The position numbers were made by a program, and so were the translations under genes. From Ostreococcus lucimarinus (taxonomy: Eukaryota): a stretch of 64,000 nucleotides of DNA. The DNA is taken from NCBI GenBank assembly GCA_000092065.1, contig CP000590.1, one strand, 5' to 3'. Below, piece after piece: positions 58,985-64,000 of this stretch. Position 1 is the first letter of the stretch. Each line of letters begins with the position of its first letter. The notes under the pieces are model-generated. The model was given only the letters and a program-made list of their open reading frames with translations. It ran no database searches and had not been told where the DNA came from.

Positions 58985-59704
58985 ATGGCGCCGTCGCACG
59001 CGTACCTCGACCTCGACGTCGACGGACACCGAGAGAAACACGCGCGCGCGCGCGCCTTCGTCGCGGCGACGAACCTGCGGTACGGGTTCGACGGCGACGA
59101 CCTCGACGGATTGGGCGGCGCGCAGCGGAGTCGAATCGTCGAGCTGTACGAGGCGGATCGCGAGTGGGGCGCGCGCGGGGCGATTCGAATCGACGCGCCG
59201 ACGCGCGAGCGCGTGGTGTTTGAACTGTTCGACGCGAAGAGCGCGCGGGCGTGCGAGAATTTTCGAGCGCTGTGCGAGGGAATGGGGACGTCGAGAGCGA
59301 CGGGGCGGCGGCGGACGTACGAGGGGAGTCGAATGCATCGGTGCGTGAGGAATTTTATGATGCAGGGCGGCGATTACACGCACGGGAACGGGGCGGGGGG
59401 GGAATCGATTTGGGGGAAGAAGTTTAAGGACGACGCGGGAGGGTTGAAGCTGAAGCACGATGCGATGGGCGTGCTTTCGATGAGCAACACGGGGAAGAAT
59501 TCGAATTCGAGCCAATTTTTCGTCACGCTCGGAGCGTGTAAGCATTTGGACGGGAAACACGTGGTGTTCGGGAAATGCGTGCGCGGGATGGACGTACTGG
59601 AGAGAATTAACGATGAGTGCGCGGTAGACGCGGGCGGGACGTCGGAGGAACCGAAGGTGCCCGTCGTCGTCGCGGGGTGCGGCGTTCTCGACGCGCTCGA
59701 TTAG
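58985..59704 (+). CDS. cyclophilin-type peptidyl-prolyl cis-trans isomerase with an inserted N-terminal loop
   Basis: CENFRALCEG, HRCVRNFMMQGGDYTHGNGAGGESIWG, LSMSNTGKNSNSSQFFVT, HVVFGKCVRGMDVLERI. ATG at 58985. Confidence 0.8.
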   Translation: MAPSHAYLDLDVDGHREKHARARAFVAATNLRYGFDGDDLDGLGGAQRSRIVELYEADREWGARGAIRIDAPTRERVVFELFDAKSARACENFRALCEGMGTSRATGRRRTYEGSRMHRCVRNFMMQGGDYTHGNGAGGESIWGKKFKDDAGGLKLKHDAMGVLSMSNTGKNSNSSQFFVTLGACKHLDGKHVVFGKCVRGMDVLERINDECAVDAGGTSEEPKVPVVVAGCGVLDALD

Positions 59705-59739
59705 AGAGGAATTCTAGCACATGTACTGTACGTTACAAT

Positions 59740-62700
59740 CTAAGGCGGGGATTCTTCCGTTTCTTTGAGAAGGCCCAGTGCATCGGGCGTTAGCTCCGAG
59801 TCGATCGCGCTCGCTTTACCCCACATCTTGCCCCACAGCGGATCGTCTCTCGGGACGATTTCGCTCGCGCAGAGGACGAGGAGAACATTCTTTATGGCTT
59901 CAGGGATCGCGTCCACGAGTTCCTCCGTCTTGGCGTGCTTGCGCAGTAAAGACGTAGCGTCTAAAATGGCGAGCAGGACGCTCGCAAACGCCGCAGCGTC
60001 TTCGTTTCGCATCTTTGAGCCGTATTGGAGCAACGTCTTTGATACGCAAGAAACCGCGATGCGCGCCGTGTTTTCTGCGGCGCCACCATCTTTGGCGCGC
60101 GTCTTGCGTACGGTTTCCGTCAGCTCCTGGAGCATCGTCAGCAAAACCGCATCAAACGTGGTAAGCCACAAGTCGCCGCCGGCGTCGAGCGATTCAGCGC
60201 CGAGCAACACGCGTTGCAACGTTAAAATCGCGTCATCGCGCACCATGGCGCGCGTATCTTCAAAGCTAATGCGACCGAGTTCGCGGACTAAATCGCCCCA
60301 AGCGCCGGCTATAATTTCAGCTTTTGCCTCATCAGTCACGGATGCGCTCGTTGCCCACGCGCACATCGCCATGTTTGCGTCCGAGAGCAATTGCAACGCG
60401 GCGACGCTTCGTTCGTCACCACCTTGCTCGCTGTCGACAAACGCGCTCGCCGCTTCGAGGCACGATCTCACGTTCGCGGCGTTCACTTTCGCCGCCTCTC
60501 GCATGATTCGCGTGAGTCCTGCAAATCCTGTTTCCGCAGCCTCCGCATGTCTCGCGCTCGCCATGAGAAGCTTGCACACCGTGTCCCAACTCTGTCGCGT
60601 TTTAATCTTGTCCGCGCCGTTGCTGATCAAAGAATCGATTTCGGCAACGATGCGGCCGAAGAACGCGTCTGCGACCGCGGGTTTGAGCGTGAACAAAACG
60701 GGCAGCGCATCTAACAAATCGTCGGCGACGTCCTCGTCGGTAGGAATCAGCTTGGCACACATTCGAATCAAGTCAAAAATGACGATTTCACACGCCGGTG
60801 ACGGGCTCTCTGACGCTTGGAGAACGGCTCTGAGGTAGCTCAATAGTATGGGTAAAACGGCACGAATACGGTCGCAATTGCGCAAAGTCACCATAAACAT
60901 GGCGTCGAGACAAAAGAGCGCGGCGTCTTCGTCATCTGCGGTGGCGGCGACGAGTCCGGGGTCCCCCGCGGCCCAAATTAGTGCTCGCATCAGATGTGTC
61001 AATGACTCGAGCTCCAAGAACTTTGTGTCGGCGAAAAGTTCTTTCACGCGACACGCTGTCGCACACGCCGTGGCAAGTTCCTCTATGCTCTGCTCCGCCT
61101 CGGACGGCGGTGGTAATGGCGAGTCGCGCCCGTCGTCGCCGGAAATCATCGCCGAAAATGACCGCAGCAAAGAAGAACCTTGGTTCCGCTTCGCCGCAGC
61201 GATCTCTCGTACTCGCATCGTCTGCATTTCCGATCGATGCGTGAAGTCGGATCCGCTTACAAATATATCCTCTGGAACCAAACCAACCTTAGTCATGCGC
61301 AGCACTGTGTCCAGAATATTGCACCATCCTTGACGAAGCGTGTCCCCGTACTTGTGTGCGATGCCAAAAATCGTCCGCGTCGCCGCGCAAGCCTTGATAT
61401 CCTCACCGAACACCACGAGCGGTCGCAATCGTTCGCCTGACGGCGACATCGCGTCCTTAGCCAAACTTTCATTGGAAAACTTGCATAGCGTGGCGACGAG
61501 TTGATCGAGAACTTCAGACATGCCGTGCGCAGCCGCAATGTTTGCCACCGACAGGAAACCTCCGAGGCTTGATTGCAACACTTTATCGTCCGCCGTGTGC
61601 TCAAACACGGCCGCAATCGCGGCTGTCGTCGAGCCCCAAACGATGCCGAATAATTCGCCGTCGTACAACGCCGCTTCAGCGAGATTGGGCGTCGGCGGTA
61701 GTTTGCCTTGGCCCGCCCCGACGTCGCGCGACAATTCCGCCCATCGGCTTGGCGTCAAGCTCATCGCCCCACCGTCGTCAAGCTTGATCTCGTCCGTGAC
61801 AATGGAATCGAATATGTTAACCAATACCTCGGCGGGCCAATCATTACCGCCATTTGTTCCGCGATTGTTGCGGATGAACTGTTCGAGCGTCATCTTATTC
61901 TTCACCTGCGCATTGTGTTGATCGGTGTTCAGCATAATTATACTGTACGACAGCACGTACGCCGAGTCCGCATCCGCTACGGAGTCCGGGTTCGCTTCAT
62001 AATAACGCGCAGCAAAACATTCGAGTATGCGAGAAATTTTCTGTGCTTCTCCGGGGAGCTTGAATCCAGACAAAAAGGATCGCAGAGCTCGATCAAGCGT
62101 GACATCTCGAAAGTCAAAGAGCTTGGTGTACTCATCCAAAACCGTGATAATGAACGCCGCGGGCTCGCCGAGGTAGTCGCCGACGACTTCCTTATCTAAA
62201 GCGGGCGCGAATTTCAAGAATCTCGCCACTGCCGCGGGTTCGAGCGGATCTGCCAAAAGTTTAATCTCTTGCATGAACGCCAAACCCTTCTTGTACGAGC
62301 GATTAAAATGTTCCGCCGCGCTCAATAGACGTCGCTTGAAGTATTTAGTCCTTGCACGAGCCTCGAACCGGCTTGGACCAGTGGTATCAGAGCCATCAGA
62401 CAGCGACCATGGGTCCATGACGACGGTGTTCGCGAATTCGAACGTCGGTCGCGTAGTCGCCGCCGGAGAGCGGTTGGACACAGCTTGCACAATGGACAAC
62501 AACCCTTCCAAGCTCAACAAATGCACGGGCGCGAGCGTCGCATCTCCTGGATACGATGCTTGCGCCAAAACACTCGTCACCTCTTCAAACACATTAGGCT
62601 TTGTGAGCTCGCAATCGTAGTACATGTACAAATCCGTCGCGAAATTGTCGTTCTTGCACAAATCCACGAGCGCCTCGAGTGCGACGCGTTGCGTCTCCTC

Positions 62701-63939
62701 TTCCACACCATTACGACTCGAGCACAGCGGCAAGAGAACCATGCGAACAAACACTTCTAAGTGTAACTTGAGTTCTTCTCGGAACTCACTGTAAATGATC
62801 GTTATGAGAGACGTCGACGCCGCCAACACGTGCGGCGAACACGACGTAACCACTCCGCACAACGCGCGCGAAAGATCATCCAAAACCAAATTCAATAGCG
62901 CATGATTCGCTCTGAAGTACTCAGCGTTCGCATCGATCATGATCGTCACGAGTTTTAGCCCAAACAAACTATTCGCATCCTCCGAACCACGACCGTGCGT
63001 GTCTGGGGCAATGAGACTCGTGGCGAACCGGAAAATTTCAATCAAAGCGGGCAACCCGTACGGCCCCTTCGCCACATCCGTGTGCTCGTGCGCGGTGACA
63101 TCCATTCCAGGTCCGGTCGCATGCGGACTATCGACGCCCGCATCGCCTCTCACGACCGCCGGGGGCGTAGCCGGGATCACGATGGCTTGCCTCGGCGACG
63201 TCAGTCGCGGTCCCTTCTCCCCCGTCGTCGCCTTTGCCTTTGCCGCGATCTCCCCCGTGCGCCGACTGACGTGATACACGATTTCGCTCAGCGTCTGCTT
63301 GCTCAATTCTCTCAACAACGGCGTCTCTTTCCCGCTCTGATGTCCAATACGATAGCACGCCTGAAACACGTCGCACAAATCGTCGTCGCTCAGCGCGTAA
63401 CCGCAGTCGCATCGCACGCACGCCGCCAGCACATACATAATCTGGCTCAACACCGCATCGTCATCGTCCACACTCGTCGCTTCAAACCTACACAGCGTCA
63501 CCGCGTCCGCGATGGCGTGCATGATCACCCCTGGGCCACCCGGCGCGTCCCTCGTCGCGACTTCGCTCTTCAAAATCTTCAAGATCGCGCTCAGCGCCTG
63601 CGCCGTGATCATCCCTCCCGTCTCCACGCTCCGTATCACGTCCAGAAACGGTTCGAGATATCGCAACGGAGTCATCGCATCGTCCTCTTCCGCGTCTCTC
63701 TCTTCGCTTTGCTCGCTCGCGTCGCTCGCGCTCGCTCGATCGCGTCCCCGCGCGCGCGTCCCCGCGTCCGCATCTTGCGTCCGTTCCGGCGGTCGCGCCG
63801 TCCGCAGCGCGACGAAGGCGTCCAACAGGGCGTCTTCGACGCCGTCTTCGTCGTACGCGTCGCTCGCGCCGTACAATCCGTACGCGTTGAGCGCGCTCGA
63901 GGCGCTCGAGCGACCGCTCCAGCGTTGATGCGCGCGCAT
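59740..63939 (-). CDS. Sec7-domain ARF guanine-nucleotide exchange factor (GBF1/GNOM/BIG type)
   Basis: Sec7 domain (FNRSYKKGLAFMQE..., YVLSYSIIMLNTDQHN) flanked by DCB/HUS-like N-terminal and HDS-like C-terminal helical regions. 1399 aa with ATG at 63937-63939. Confidence 0.85.
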   Translation of the reverse strand: MRAHQRWSGRSSASSALNAYGLYGASDAYDEDGVEDALLDAFVALRTARPPERTQDADAGTRARGRDRASASDASEQSEERDAEEDDAMTPLRYLEPFLDVIRSVETGGMITAQALSAILKILKSEVATRDAPGGPGVIMHAIADAVTLCRFEATSVDDDDAVLSQIMYVLAACVRCDCGYALSDDDLCDVFQACYRIGHQSGKETPLLRELSKQTLSEIVYHVSRRTGEIAAKAKATTGEKGPRLTSPRQAIVIPATPPAVVRGDAGVDSPHATGPGMDVTAHEHTDVAKGPYGLPALIEIFRFATSLIAPDTHGRGSEDANSLFGLKLVTIMIDANAEYFRANHALLNLVLDDLSRALCGVVTSCSPHVLAASTSLITIIYSEFREELKLHLEVFVRMVLLPLCSSRNGVEEETQRVALEALVDLCKNDNFATDLYMYYDCELTKPNVFEEVTSVLAQASYPGDATLAPVHLLSLEGLLSIVQAVSNRSPAATTRPTFEFANTVVMDPWSLSDGSDTTGPSRFEARARTKYFKRRLLSAAEHFNRSYKKGLAFMQEIKLLADPLEPAAVARFLKFAPALDKEVVGDYLGEPAAFIITVLDEYTKLFDFRDVTLDRALRSFLSGFKLPGEAQKISRILECFAARYYEANPDSVADADSAYVLSYSIIMLNTDQHNAQVKNKMTLEQFIRNNRGTNGGNDWPAEVLVNIFDSIVTDEIKLDDGGAMSLTPSRWAELSRDVGAGQGKLPPTPNLAEAALYDGELFGIVWGSTTAAIAAVFEHTADDKVLQSSLGGFLSVANIAAAHGMSEVLDQLVATLCKFSNESLAKDAMSPSGERLRPLVVFGEDIKACAATRTIFGIAHKYGDTLRQGWCNILDTVLRMTKVGLVPEDIFVSGSDFTHRSEMQTMRVREIAAAKRNQGSSLLRSFSAMISGDDGRDSPLPPPSEAEQSIEELATACATACRVKELFADTKFLELESLTHLMRALIWAAGDPGLVAATADDEDAALFCLDAMFMVTLRNCDRIRAVLPILLSYLRAVLQASESPSPACEIVIFDLIRMCAKLIPTDEDVADDLLDALPVLFTLKPAVADAFFGRIVAEIDSLISNGADKIKTRQSWDTVCKLLMASARHAEAAETGFAGLTRIMREAAKVNAANVRSCLEAASAFVDSEQGGDERSVAALQLLSDANMAMCAWATSASVTDEAKAEIIAGAWGDLVRELGRISFEDTRAMVRDDAILTLQRVLLGAESLDAGGDLWLTTFDAVLLTMLQELTETVRKTRAKDGGAAENTARIAVSCVSKTLLQYGSKMRNEDAAAFASVLLAILDATSLLRKHAKTEELVDAIPEAIKNVLLVLCASEIVPRDDPLWGKMWGKASAIDSELTPDALGLLKETEESPP

Positions 63940-64000
63940 CGAGGCGACGACGGCGCGCGCTTCGTGCTTGACGATCGTCGCGAAGCGCGCGGGATCGAAC

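Noticed and set aside
1-64000. Prokaryotic interpretation (operons, CRISPR, IS elements, rRNA/tRNA).
   Set aside because: The proteins are unmistakably eukaryotic (Aurora, STRAP, V-ATPase B, UBL5, Sec7 GEF, DHHC). Spliceosomal introns with GT-AG boundaries are present. No CRISPR-like repeat-spacer arrays, inverted-repeat-bounded elements or tRNA-like cloverleaf candidates were seen in the intergenic regions I inspected.

Overview
This is GC-rich (about 65-70% GC by eye) eukaryotic nuclear DNA. The genes are packed tightly on both strands with few, short introns, and the protein set (Aurora kinase, STRAP/UNRIP, V-ATPase B, UBL5, Sec7 ARF-GEF, DHHC palmitoyltransferase, MCU) is typical of a prasinophyte green alga. 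The nitrite reductase fused to rubredoxin and cytochrome-b5-reductase domains points to a Mamiellales (Micromonas/Ostreococcus-like) genome.

The central feature is a roughly 19 kb nitrate-assimilation and molybdenum-cofactor supercluster (about 27.2-46.3 kb) of 11 adjacent genes:
- NAR1-like FNT nitrite transporter (+)
- NIA nitrate reductase (-)
- NII tri-domain nitrite reductase (+)
- NAR2/NRT3 accessory protein (-, two exons)
- NRT2 nitrate transporter (+)
- MOT1 molybdate transporter (-)
- CNX2/MoaA (-)
- a small unannotated two-exon gene (+)
- CNX5/MOCS3 (+)
- an NR-type cytochrome b5 (-)
- a second NR-like gene encoding only the Moco and dimerisation domains (+, two exons)

Three pairs in the cluster are divergently transcribed from short shared intergenic regions. 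A Moco-only NR paralogue divergently paired with a separate NR-like cytochrome b5 is not an arrangement I recognise, and the small two-exon gene has no family assignment; both are treated as candidate novelties in the findings.

Flanking genes:
- Upstream side: PRA1, RsmG/GidB, a W-repeat protein, AlkB-like dioxygenase, a degenerate E2-like acyltransferase, Nudix hydrolases, BioF, COQ6, an MFS transporter, MCU, STRAP, PAP2 phosphatase, V-ATPase B, UBL5, a DHHC palmitoyltransferase, and a GT32-FkbM fusion.
- Downstream side: a myristoylatable protein kinase, CCR4-like deadenylase, a sulfotransferase-like protein, Aurora kinase, an RCC1-BRX protein, a CPBP protease, cyclophilin, and a GBF/BIG-type Sec7 ARF-GEF.

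Four introns are predicted from a shared signal set: a GTGCGT donor, an ACTGAC branch-like motif 30-50 nt upstream of a YAG acceptor. No rRNA, tRNA, CRISPR array or transposon was recognised.

Many long Arg/Ala-rich ORFs on the opposite strand are artefacts of GC bias and are not annotated. Coordinates within a few nucleotides of gene starts and splice sites were read by hand and may be off by 1-2 nt.
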